Under the pieces are notes generated by a model that saw only the letters and a program-made list of their open reading frames with translations, was not told the origin of the DNA and did no database searches. Made by a program: the position numbers and the translations under genes. From NCBI GenBank assembly GCA_028534125.1, contig CM052841.1:66278001-66342000 (forward strand): a stretch of DNA of 64,000 nucleotides, given 5' to 3'. Shown piece by piece: positions 47,140 through 57,870 of the stretch (its first letter is position 1; each line of letters starts with the position of its first letter). This DNA is from Lama glama (lineage: Eukaryota).

Positions 47140-48789
47140 CTGAGAAAGAGGGAGGCACCATGATACTCCAGGGCCAGCAGCCATCCTTCATCTTGGTCCC
47201 TTGAGGGCACCCCAGGCCAGGCACCACCTAGGAGCATGGGTGTGGGATCAGGGCCACCCAGCCAGGAGGCTCCTGACCACTGCCCCGGAATGCTCTCCAC
47301 AAGGGGATGAGGTTGACTCTTCAGGCCCAGGGCCCCAACACATCACCTCACACACCCCCACGAAGACCGGAGTAGTCAACTAGCCAGGGTCAACAAAGGA
47401 CAAGAAAGTGACATACTAGGATCCCTGCCCCATAGCAGGCACTCAGGAAATCTTTGTAGGGTGAAGGAAGGAACCACAAAATGATAGGCTAGTCGCTGCT
47501 TTCAAGAGTCAATCTCATCTGATCCCCTAATTTTAGCGGAGGCTCATGGATGGCCCTGACACGTAACCAGGTTCTGCCTCCCACACATAGGCCATCAGCG
47601 AGGACAGAGGTCAGGCAAAGAAGCAGGGCCAAAGAGGGTTGGTCTAGGGTGGAAAATTTAGCAAATAAAAACATGTCTTGTACCTGGGGCACACTCACAC
47701 TAAAAAGTGACTTGTATTTTATCTGAAATTCAAATGTAACTGAACCTCCTGTATTGATAAGAAAGCTGGGCTTGGAGAGGTGAGCTCTGTAATCATCTTT
47801 AGAAGGAGGGTGCCGCAGGGAGGTTGGGTGGGGCTCCAGACCCAAGATCAACCAGGCCATCCCCCTGGGATACAGACCTCGATCCCCAACCCTGCTGAAG
47901 TGGCCTCACCTCTTCCCATCCAGGTCCGAGAACCAGCCCAGGTTGTCGGCGATGATGTGGTGGTTCTGGCAGCCAGGGCAGGTCACAATGACCACACCCT
48001 GGTGATAGGCAAGCTTAGAGATACGCTTGGAGGACCTAGTCCCACAGACCTGTTGGAGACATGGAAGGACCTGTGCCTGGCCCCGCCTCTCCCTGGGGGG
48101 GTCAGCCCCATCCCTCGGTGAGGCCCCGTCCCTTGGGGAGACGACCACCTCGCTCCCAGAAAGCTCCGCCCCTTGAAGATAGCTCCACCCCTCCACGCAG
48201 TCCCGCCTTCTCCCAGAAAGTCCCACCCTTTGGAATAGCCCCACCCCTCTGCGCGGATCCGCCCGCCCCCTAGGGGTAGCTCCACCCCCTCGCAGCCCCG
48301 CCTTCTCCCGGGAGGTCCCGCCCCTTGGGGAACAGCCCCACCCCTCCACAAGGCCCGTGCCACCCCTCTGCGTAGCTCCGCCCCCTGGAGACAGCACCAC
48401 CCCGGCGCAGTCCCGCCTTCTCCTGGAGGGTCCCGCCCCTTGGGGAAACAGCCCCACCCCTCCACAAGGCTTGTGCCACCGGCTCTGCGCGGCTCCGCCT
48501 TGGGGACAGTCCCACACATTCTCGCAGTCACGCAGCTCCTTCCAGCGCCAGGTGCAGGTGTGCCCGGGTCCCGTTCCTGCCGCGTGCCCACCTTGCAGGT
48601 GTAGACGAGCTGGTAGTGCGCCGGCCCGGGTCCCGTCTCGGAGCTCGAGCGCCGCCAGCCCCAGCCCCAGGCCCGTCTTCTCGCTGCGGCCTCCAGGCAG
48701 GCCCCGCGCCCCCACAGCCACCTCAGGCCGGGCCCCCGGGGCCGCGCGCAGCTCATTGTCAGCACGCGGCTCAGCGCCGTCCGCAGCAT
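46971..48789 (-). CDS. DNLZ: DNL-type zinc finger protein (mitochondrial Hsp70 escort protein, Tim15/Zim17/Hep1 homologue), 168 aa
   Basis: Exons 48592-48789, 47910-48049, 46971-47139 (507 nt, phases 0 and 2 match). Arg-rich presequence MLRTALSRV..., zf-[17 protein letters not shown]...[19 protein letters not shown]. Confidence 0.96.
47645..47757. mobile_element. MER53-like hAT DNA transposon remnant, one arm deleted
   Basis: tagggtgg..atttagcaaataaaaac ... tttatctgaaattcaaatgtaactg..ctcctgtatt resembles MER53 terminal sequences as recalled. Confidence 0.6.
47910..48049 (-). CDS. DNLZ: DNLZ exon 2
   Basis: [47 protein letters not shown]; AG|GTGAG. Confidence 0.96.
48080..48510. repeat. Degenerate GC-box minisatellite in DNLZ intron 1 (~19-20 bp units, higher-order ~95-115 bp blocks)
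   Basis: About 20 variants of ag(c/t)(c/t)cc(g/a)cc(c/t)(c/t)t; blocks beginning gcag(c/t)cccgccttctcc at 48197, 48292 and 48407. Confidence 0.8.
48592..48789 (-). CDS. DNLZ: DNLZ exon 1 coding part
   Basis: MLRTALS...[14 protein letters not shown]; AAG|GTGGG. Confidence 0.93.
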
Positions 48790-49200
48790 CCTGCCCGCCG
48801 GCCCCGGCCGCCCCGCCCGACTCAACCGAGACCGGCCCCGCCCCAGCTCTCCCCGCGCAGCCGATGCTGCGCCGACGCCATCTTGGAAGCGGGCGCTCAG
48901 CGGAAACGGCCCTCCTCGGCTTCCGTCGCCGGTGGGCGGGCTGCGCTCTGCTGCCTCCTGGCGGCGGGAGGTGCGCACTGACTGGCGCGGTGTCCGAAGG
49001 TGCAGGTGCAAGCGAGACCCATCAGAGGCGGCGCTCGCTGTCTGGACCACGGTCGTTTATTGACGGCTGCGTTTTTAACACTGCAGCATGCGTGTGCATT
49101 ACATAGGAATAGAGCACGCCTGTGCTCGCCAACAAAGAGGCGGCCTAGAGGGGCAGCGCCCAGGTCCTGGGGCGACGCCATGTCCTCCTCCCACGACGGG
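48790..49200 (-). promoter_or_regulatory. DNLZ CpG-island promoter overlapping the CARD9 3' end
   Basis: CpG-dense; YY1-type CGCCATCTT at 48876-48884; ETS/GABP-like CGGAA and TTCCG at about 48901-48925. Confidence 0.7.
49056..49061 (-). terminator. CARD9 poly(A) signal
   Basis: tttatt on + (AATAAA on -), about 160 nt past the stop. Confidence 0.8.
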
Positions 49201-49220
49201 CCGCTGGACTAAGGCGCCGA

Positions 49221-49320
49221 CTAGGAGCCCTCGGTGTCAGTGTTGTCGCTGCCCGTGGTGTTCTCCCAGTCCACCTCTCCCTGCCTGGAGCCGTGCTGCA
49301 CCTTTCTGAGGGCCCGCTTC
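49221..49320 (-). CDS. CARD9: CARD9 exon 13 coding part
   Basis: [35 protein letters not shown] at 49221-49223. Confidence 0.95.
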
Positions 49321-52300
49321 CTGCGGGAGACCCAGACGGCACAGGTGTGCGCGAGTGGGCCCAGGGCTGCGGCCCCTTAGCACCCCCACCCCGGCCATCC
49401 CTCGGGGGAGCCTGCCTGGGACAGCCCACCGCGCGGGCCCACCTGCGGTAGTTCTCGAAGCTCTCTTTGAGGCGCCGCCGCCCCTTCTCCTTCTCTGGGG
49501 GCTCCCTGCTGCTCAGGCCTGCATCCTGAAGAAGGGTGAGGACTCTCAGGCTCCAAACAGCACCCTGGTGGGCCCTACCCGCGCCCTGCCCCAGGGATGC
49601 AAACTGCGGTCCAGGCCAGTTGCGTCCCCTGTGCACCTGGTGAGGGGAGCAGGGTGTGCTGTCGCCTTTCAGATGATGACTGGCCCAGACCAGCAGCCAG
49701 AGGGGCTGGGCTCCAGGCCAGCGTTCCTTCTGCTACAATGTCCAGGGGAACCCCTTTGCTGTCGGACTCCCATGCGGTGGACTGTGAGACTGAGTTCCCA
49801 CTGAGGTTAACACTGCGGCCCTCCCAGAAGACAGACTTCCCATAACTGCCATACTGCTGGCAGAGTTCCGTCCTGCCCCGCCCCCTGCCCCCTCTCCAGC
49901 TGCTCTGTCCAAGAAGGAAGGAGGCACAGCTTCCTGTTCCAAAAACCACACCCCAAGCGCCCATGGGCAGAGACCCTTGTGATCACCCTCCAGGCGTCCT
50001 GTGGAGCAATCACCCTCCCTGTGATCAGTCACACTGAGTCCCACGCCAGGGACATCCCAGGGCACCAGGGACCCCAGGCAGCCTTACGTCGGGGGTCAGT
50101 GAAAGCCGCTCCTTCTGCAGAGCCACAGAGGGCTGCTCCAGGCTCTCCCCAATGGCCTGGCCACCTGCAGAGGAGACTTGGGCTTGTGGTCCTGCCCACC
50201 TTCCATACCTCCCCCTCCCCACCCCAGACTTGTCCTGGGTCCTCACTTGGACCCCACAGAGACTCCCATTGTATAGACAAGGGGACTGGGGCTCAGAGTC
50301 CTCACTTCCCACTCCCCACTCCCAGGAGCAGATCCCAAGTGCTCCCAGAGCAGGTGGCTTGGCCCCTTCTAGGTAAGGACTGGGGCACTGCAGCAGTTGG
50401 GAGCAGAACACACCAGGCTGCGGGGCTCCCTCGAAATCTGCGGTGTCTGACAGATCCAGGACCCAGGACCTTCAGAAAAAGTACTCTGTTGGGCTGGCTC
50501 CCCTGGACTGTCCATGATGGGGACTGTGGATTCCAGGGGACATTGTGGTGAGAGAGGCCGAGGCCCAGGTCTCTCCCTGAAGCTGACACCTTTCCCTCCT
50601 CCTTGGTCTCTGACCCTGAAGCCTGCCCTGCCTCCTGCAAGGGGCCACACCAGCCCTGAGTTGGGGCTCCCTCCCAGGACAGCTGGGCCGGCAGCCTTCC
50701 CCTCCCGCTCGCTGCTTGCGGGTATCGCCCGCCTGTCCCCATGTGGGGGCTCAGTGGCTTCAAGCTCACGTCTCTGGACAGCAGCAGAGGGGCCAGCCTC
50801 TTACTTCTCCATTTGCTGTCCCTTCTTCCTCTTTTGCCCCCCTCTTTAGAATCTGGATTCAGGCCTGATGCTGAGGAAGTCTGTTTGGCTTTCCATGCTA
50901 CCTCCCCCTCCCCTTCCACACCCAGTCCTTCCAGCCTCCCCTCTGACACCCACCTTCAGAGCAAGCCCCTCGTCATCCCCTCTGGGCCATCTCCTGGCCA
51001 CCCTGCCCAGTCCTGTGTCCAAGCAGGCAGAGAGATCCCGCCCCTGCCACCTGAAATCCCCAGCACTGTTACCACCTGGGTGGTACCACATGACACACCT
51101 GGGCAGAGACCTACTGCAACCTCTCCAGCTCCCTGCTCTGGGGGGCAGGATTTCTCCACTCAGCATTCCCAGGGCCCAAGTGGGCTCCAACAGCCAGACA
51201 TACTCTCAAGGTCTGAGCTGGGGTGTGGACCTGCAAACCTGGGGGGGCTCTCGTTTGCTCACTGGGGAACCTTGGGGGGTTATTTATCCCTCTGAGTCTC
51301 AGTGTTCCCATCTGTAAAGTGGGGCTGTGAAGGTCAATGGGTCAGGGCTGGGGCCCGCATCCCCAGGCACTGTCACTGGGCTGTGTGTGCTGTAGATCAG
51401 GACAGCGGCCAACTTGCAGTGGTAAGGAGGCCTTGTCCAGATTCCTCCGTGAGAAGCCGCTCCCTCCTCACCTTTGTCTGAGAGCTGGGCGTTCTCTTCC
51501 AGGTCGCGGGGGGGCGAGAGCTTCCCAAGAGAGACGGGGCAACCAGTTAGACCACCACCCTCCCGGGACTGGACCTAACCCTCGTGCTGCCCACCCCAGG
51601 CCGCCTACCCCATCACTGTCACCCCCTGTGCAAGTTTCTCAGGGACCCTTACGCTGTCTGGCTGAGCACTGGAAGGATGGTCTGCTGTGGGCAGCCAAGC
51701 TTCCAGAGCTTCTGAGGGACACATGTGGGACTGTGGTCTGGCAGAGGCAGTGGCCCAGAGCCCCAGGTGAGGCCAGCCCTGGGCTGACCCCTGGAGTCAC
51801 ACTCACCTCCTGAGAGTTCCTGGGTGAGCTGTCCTCCAGGTCGGAGCTCTGTGGTCACAGAAGAGGGGTCAGCCAGCAGGCCATGGGGGAACAGAAACAC
51901 TCCCAGGCATGGGACAGGGTGCGGAGAGGTTCCAGGCCAGCCCATCCTCCAGGGAGGCCTCCCTCCAGGCCACAGCTGGCATCTGGCCAGAACACCCCTC
52001 CCTCCCCTTCACCCCCACCCCGAGCCCTGAGCTCTGCCATCCCTGCAGCCCACCTCCAGGAGGGCTCAGTGAGGAGCCAACCTCACAGAGGAGGAAGGTC
52101 CGGGGTCCCACCAGGGCCACCAGCAGTGCAGTGGCCAAGCCAGGCCAGGGCCGGGGCTCTCTGGAGGCTTCTCCTCTGGGCTCTGTGGTGTCTAGGGACG
52201 CACCTGCCCCTGAGTGGCCAAACCTCTGAGCCCCACTGTGGCAGAGCCGTGGCTCTGACTGATGGACACCGGCCCCGCGGGAGGCCCACCAAGACGGACG

Positions 52301-55300
52301 TCTCCAGCTGCTGCCGCCTGAGCCTGCCCTCCGCGGCCAGCAGCTGGCCCTCGCGCTGGAACAGCTGCAGCTGCAGCTCGTCTGCCTTCTCGCTCAGCTC
52401 GCGGACCTGCTTCCGCAGCGCATCCTTCTCCTGCAGGTTGCGGGCGTGCTGCGCGTGCAGCTCCTCCTGCCTCGCGATGGCCTGGGGGTGGGGTGCAGCT
52501 CAGGGACCCCTGCAGAGCGCAGCCTGGTCCCCTTTCCCCCGCCCCCAGCCCACATGGGGGTACTTTCACTTCTCCCCCCTCCCCAGCACTCTCACTTCTC
52601 TGCACAGCCCGCCCGATTTCTAGCAATGTTCCCTGAAGAACTTCCAGCAACGAGTGGGGCGGGGGGCAGGTGACACATGCGCCCACCTCTTCCTCTTTCT
52701 TCTCTGTGGACGTCATTCATGTTTAGGGGGTTTTAAACATAATACAGGCTCACAATGGAAAGGGTGGACCATTAAGAAAATACAAAGAAGACAATAACCC
52801 TCAGCCTAGTCCCTGCTGACCTGCGTGACTGGTCTCCAAGTCCTGCTCCCTGTGCAGACATCCCGCACGGGTTTACGCCACACGTGCGTTTTACACATTT
52901 TGGGTGTGGCTTGATATCAAAAAGGAGATTGTTGACAGCACTGTAAGATTCTTTGAAAAGAACGCCCCTTGCTTTATCATGCCCACTCTCCACCGAGGGG
53001 CATCGAGGTGTGAGAATGAACTTGCAGAGGCACAATGGCCAGACCAGGAGGCTGGCCCACGACCTACAGTGACCGGCCCAGGAGGGAGCGACTGCAAGTC
53101 AGACTTGTAGGAAGCCAGCCTCTGTCTCCAGCAACAATCCAGGAAGCTAAACCATATCCCTGTGTCGGTTGACGCCAAACGACCAGGGCTTGATTAATAA
53201 CAGAACTGCCCTAATTTCTGTGCCTGCTTCCAATGTAGGACCAACCAGAGAAAACCCTCCTGCTCACCTGCGGGGCCCGCCCCCCAGCTTCCCAAGGCAG
53301 ATGGCACACCTGTGGCTGCCCTCCTCCGCCTGCCCTGAGGCGGTGCAGGGCCCCTGCTCCGGCAGCTCTGGCGCATGGCTGCACCCATTTACAGGTGCTG
53401 CCCCAGACCTCACCATTGTCCATGGCCCTTAGATAACACCCACACACCAGGCTTTTCCTGAGTTACTGTTATTCCCACCAGAGAGGTTTCCGGAAGTGGA
53501 ATCGCTGGGTTAAAGGGGTCTGCATCTAAGGCTGCGGATCGCCCTGCAGATCTCTGCCGCACCAGCTGTAACTGATTAGAAACGAGCCTAGCAATGGGAT
53601 GGCAAAGTGACGGGAAACAGTAGAGCAGATGCAGCCCTCCCCACGCTAGGATGCTGCCTCCTACCCATGCCCACGAGAATGCCGCCAGCCAAGGTGCCAC
53701 TGCTAAAAATGTATTTGCAAGACAAGTCAGGAAGCTTCTATTTTTGTAAAAACAAAAATGAAACTACCCAGATACTGAAGAGAGTCTGGTACGTCCAGCA
53801 GGAGAAGGTGGACCATGGATTTTGGGGCAGTGGGGTGGGGTGCAGCTGGCAGAGGGATAGCCACTTCCTGGGGTTCTCATCTGTCATTGACATCTTGACG
53901 GCGGCCTCCCCTTGAGAAGTCATTGCATGGGTGGTGGGGCTGGGAGGCCCTACCTGGTCCCGCTCGATGGCGACCTCCTCCATCTGCTGCAGGATGGCCT
54001 CGATGCGATCCTTGTACATCTTGGAGTCCTTCCGCAGGGCCAAGCACTGCAGCTCGAACATTTCCTTCTCCTCCATGCACTGTGGGAGATGGTAGCTAGT
54101 CCCCTGCCCTCGGCCCCCATCCTGGCCCGGGTCAGGCCAGTTGGGATGGGATGGGGGAGGGGGGAAGGGGGAGGAGAGAGGGGGAGGAATTGCTTGAGCC
54201 CCGAGGTCCCCACCAGGCCTGAGCTTCACCAAAGGTTGGCCGTGAGCCTGCTGGGTGAGGAGGCTGGGCCTCTACCTCCAGAAAGCGGGAGTAGGGGGCC
54301 GTCGAGCTGAGAGGCCACCCCACTTCCAGGCATGTGCAGCCCAGTTCCCCCTCTACCTGCCTGCCCGTTGCGTACCCGGGCACGCAAGGCCTCCGCCTGG
54401 CGCAGATCCTTGCGCAGGGAGAAGATGGTGCTGGTCTGCTCCTGGTGGTCCCGCAGCGCCTGCCGCCAGTCCTCCTCCAGCACCTGGATGTAGGGGCTGC
54501 TCTTGTCCGGCTTCCCTTCCTGTGGGCAATGAAGGGAGATGGCGGAGGGGACGCCTGGCTGGGAGACCCAGGCCTGGCTGCCCTGTGCCCGCCCCACGCC
54601 GCCCCGGCTGGGCCCCCACCTGCACGGAGGCCTCCAGCCCCTGCACCCGCGCCTGCAGCAGCGCCTTCTCCTGCTGCAGCTCCCACAGCAGCTCCTGGCT
54701 GGGCCGCTGCTCCATGGCGTGCCTGAGCTTCAGCGTGTGCTTGCGCTCCACCGAGCAGTCGTCCTCTGCCTTCATGAGGCTGTGCTTGAGCCGGTCGATC
54801 TGCGGGACCAGCTGTCAGCCAGGACCGCGGGACCCGCCGCCTGGCCCCCACCCCGAGCAGCCCGGCCGTGAGCAGGGGCGGGCAGGCACCTCCAGCTGCA
54901 GGTCACGGTTCCGCATAAGCGCGGCGCCCCTCTCCTCGCTCTGGCGGGCCAGGCGCATGGCCAGGTCATAGTTGTCCTCCTTGCAGCGCTGGAGCTCGCG
55001 GCTGCCCGCCTCGCAAGCCTCCTTGAGCCGCTGCACGCGCTCCTGGTGCTTGCGCAGCAGGCTGTCCTTCACCCGCAGCTCCTTGATCAGGTCGTCCTTG
55101 GAGCTCAGCAGCACTGTCAGGTCCTGCACCTTCTTCTGCAGCTTCATCACCTCGCTCATCAGCAGCTGCGTCAGGCCCGACTCCCCGGACGCATCTGTGG
55201 ACCAGACAGGCATCAGTCGGGGTGCCCCTCGCCTCCCGAGCCTCCACTCGAAGGGTCAAATCCAGGATGCTGCAGCTCCCCATCGAGGAAAGGAACTGAG

Positions 55301-56177
55301 CTCTGACTCACTGCTCGGACCTGTTCCCACCCCCTCCCAGGACAGGGCTTCCCTCTTTGCCTAATTTTGTTATCTTGATTGAGAGGCAACTCAGGGCCAG
55401 GAGGGCCTTGCTCCACCAGCTGCTGGGGCCAGCAGGCCCCATCTTGCCAGGGGCAGATGGTCTTTGGGCCACGAATCAGCCTGTGCACCCCACCTCCCAC
55501 CTGTTAACCCTCCGGGATGGGAGTGAGGCCAGACAGGGCCCCACGGTGGCACCCTTCCCCGCGAGGCTCACCTGTTTCCTTTTCATCTGCAATGTATCCG
55601 TCAGGGGGCCAGGTGGGTGGGGCTGGTGGGCCGGCCCCACCCCGTCCCCTTGAGGCTCCCATGCCGCCCCGCCTCCAGTGTCCCCAGGCCAGGTCCCATT
55701 CCTCACCGATGATCATGGAGAAGACGCGGGTGGGCTCCTTGCCTGTGACCCTCTTGTAGAGCTGTGGGTAGTACAGTTCCAGGCTCTCAAGGAAGGCCAC
55801 GTAGCCCTTGTGGCCAGTCCGCTGCAGGATGTCCAGGAGCACTCCTGCAAACCAGAGAGGCCCAGCTGAGCCTGAGCGGGTTAGGCAGACAGAGGGACAG
55901 GGCTCGGGGGCCAGGAAGTCCCCATTGCCACCCTGCAGTTGGGGTTGCAGTGCGCTCCAGGGCAGGTGCAGGGCCGGGACCGCCAGCACTGACCCACTTT
56001 CCGCTTGCGGATGACCAGGTTGGGGTCGCTGAGCACCTGCTCCTCATCGTCAGGGTTCAGGACCTTGCACTGCCGCAGGTAGGGGGTGATGCGGGCGGGG
56101 TCGATGACCGCGATGAGCTTTACGCGGAAGCCTTCCAGGGCACTCCAACACTCGTCCTCGTTCTCGTAGTCGGACAT
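49221..56177 (-). CDS. CARD9: Caspase recruitment domain-containing protein 9, 539 aa (CARD, coiled coil, C-terminal tail)
   Basis: Coding exons 55994-56177, 55707-55844, 54890-55194, 54620-54799, 54376-54519, 53954-54079, 52290-52481, 51807-51848, 51472-51520, 50088-50164, 49443-49525, 49221-49320; total 1620 nt, all GT-AG, phases match. [40 protein letters not shown] ... [14 protein letters not shown]. Confidence 0.97.
49443..49525 (-). CDS. CARD9: CARD9 exon 12
   Basis: [28 protein letters not shown]; AG|GTGGG. Confidence 0.94.
50088..50164 (-). CDS. CARD9: CARD9 exon 11
   Basis: [25 protein letters not shown]; 77 nt; GAC|GTAAGG. Confidence 0.9.
51472..51520 (-). CDS. CARD9: CARD9 exon 10
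   Basis: aag|[17 protein letters not shown]; G|GTGAGG. Confidence 0.9.
51807..51848 (-). CDS. CARD9: CARD9 exon 9
   Basis: [14 protein letters not shown]; GAG|GTGAGT. Confidence 0.93.
52290..52481 (-). CDS. CARD9: CARD9 exon 8
   Basis: [46 protein letters not shown]...ETSVL. Confidence 0.95.
53954..54079 (-). CDS. CARD9: CARD9 exon 7
   Basis: [42 protein letters not shown]. Confidence 0.96.
54376..54519 (-). CDS. CARD9: CARD9 exon 6
   Basis: [24 protein letters not shown]...EALRAR. Confidence 0.96.
54620..54799 (-). CDS. CARD9: CARD9 exon 5
   Basis: [31 protein letters not shown]...LEASVQ. Confidence 0.96.
54890..55194 (-). CDS. CARD9: CARD9 exon 4
   Basis: [21 protein letters not shown]...MRNRDLQLE. 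Confidence 0.96.
55707..55844 (-). CDS. CARD9: CARD9 exon 3
   Basis: [45 protein letters not shown]. Confidence 0.96.
55994..56177 (-). CDS. CARD9: CARD9 exon 2 coding part (CARD)
   Basis: [11 protein letters not shown]...VIRKRKV; G|GTCAGT. Confidence 0.96.
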
Positions 56178-57599
56178 GGCTGCCGGGGGTGGTCGGGGGA
56201 TGCTTGCCGCAGTCCTAGTCCTGACCCAGGCCTGCCACCTCGATGCCTGCCAGGGCTCTGGACACAGCCAGACAGGAACTCAGCCCAGGGGACTCCAGGA
56301 GAGGTGTCGTCAAGAGAGGAAGCACCCCGCTCCCATCAGCTCACCCGGTCCTGGGCTTTCTTTCTTCCCAGTCACCCCAGTAAACGTGGAGGAGGATGTG
56401 GGGATGCTCCAGGGACAGGTGGCATCTAAGAGAACACTCTTCCCTGCACTGTGGCCCTCCTCTGGCCTCTGCCCCCCCCGAACCCCCTGAAGTGTTGTGG
56501 GGCTCCCTTCCACCCATGGAGGTGAGGGGTCGGGAGGAGCGGGTACAGCCACCCTGGCAGGTGTGGGTGGGACCCCGGCTCCAGCCCCCAGCTGGCCAGT
56601 GCCCCAGCTGGGGCCAGAAGCTGGTTGACCTGGGACCCTGCCACCTGCCAGGCACCAGGCTGTGCTGCTGGGGACTTCCTCATTCCCCGACAGTGCCTGC
56701 TCACATCCAGTCCCGTCCCCTCCTCTCCTTCCGGCGGCTGCTGGTGATGCAACGGTCATCCAGCTGCTGCGGGGGCCAGCCTGCTCCAGGTCAGGCTCAG
56801 CGACACGGTGCCCTTTGGGACAGCTGACTGTGGACGGCCCACAGGAGTGCCAGGGCCCCGGCACACTGGAGGGCGGACTGTGTCGCCCATGGCTGGCCCG
56901 GGATGTGGCTCCATGCCGCATCCAGGCTCTCAGGTCCTGGCCACCAGCCATCCCTGGGATCCTCTCCACCTCCCAGGTGAGGCCTGCTCTTGGCCACACT
57001 CTGGGGGACTGTCATGCCAGCTCTCCGCCTGGGAACCCTCTACATAGGAAGCACCCACGGCTGTTCTCTTCCACCAGTGGGCAGGAAGCCACTTTCTCCA
57101 GGGCCGGGCTGAGCTGGGAGCAGCCACGTGGTCGTGCCTTGTCCCGGCAGTGGGGATAGAGACCCTGACTGGCCACCTCAAACTGAGCGTTCAACCTGCA
57201 CAGGAGTGGTTTCCAGCCCAGAGGACCTAGACCGCACTCCTAGAGATGCGGGTGGCAGCGGGCCTGGTTTGCTGAGGGGTCTAACTTCCCGCTGCTCTCA
57301 GCCAGCCGGCCTGCTGGGTGACAGACACGGTGTTGAATGAGAACAGCAGCAACTTGCTGCACAGTCTTTGGAGCATTTGGCCTGTTCCCTGCCTTTCTGG
57401 CCTAAAGTCCACAGGTCCCACACCTGACGCCCTGCTGCTAATTCTACTGAAATGACAGCAGGTACAGATGGCTGTGAAGGGGGGCAGGGCATCCCTCTGG
57501 GGTATTTGCTCCAGACCCCGCTCCCTGCCCCCAGGAGTCCTGAGCTGAGCCACTGAGGATTCCTAGCCACCCTTCAGAAAGGGCAACAGACCAGCCTAC

Positions 57600-57745
57600 C
57601 TCAGGGTCCTCCCGGGGCACCCGTGTAGCTGGTCGCAGGTCAGCCTGGAGTGGTAGGAGGCTCCGCTGGCTGCTGGGAGGTGAGGGAGGGCGGGGCCGTG
57701 GAGCCGGGATGGGGGCCTGTGCACTTCCTGATGGTTCTGGTTAAC
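57600..57745 (-). other. CARD9: CARD9 non-coding exon 1 (5' end approximate)
   Basis: Donor GAG|GTAGGC at 57600/57599, about 1.4 kb upstream of the ATG exon; starts with ...AGAACCATCAGGAAGTGCACAGGC, resembling the human CARD9 5' UTR as recalled. Confidence 0.65.
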
Positions 57746-57870
57746 CCCAGGCCGGCCAGTCCTCCCGTGGGGGACGGCCCTGCGGCTGCCTTCTGAGTCG
57801 CCCTGGGCGGCCCCAGGAGAAGGCGGCAAGAGGGAAGTGGAAGTCGCCTGCTCTCCGAGGAAAGTGTCTG
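57720..57870. promoter_or_regulatory. CARD9 promoter with ETS/PU.1-type sites
   Basis: CACTTCCTG at 57722-57730, tandem GGAAGTGGAAGT at 57833-57844, a GC box; consistent with myeloid expression of CARD9. Confidence 0.55.

Noticed and set aside
47983-49050. 355-aa ORF reading through DNLZ exon 1 and intron 1
   Set aside because: The intron is open only because it is a G-rich repeat. Retention (542 nt) shifts the frame and stops inside exon 2, destroying the zinc finger, so it is a likely NMD target.
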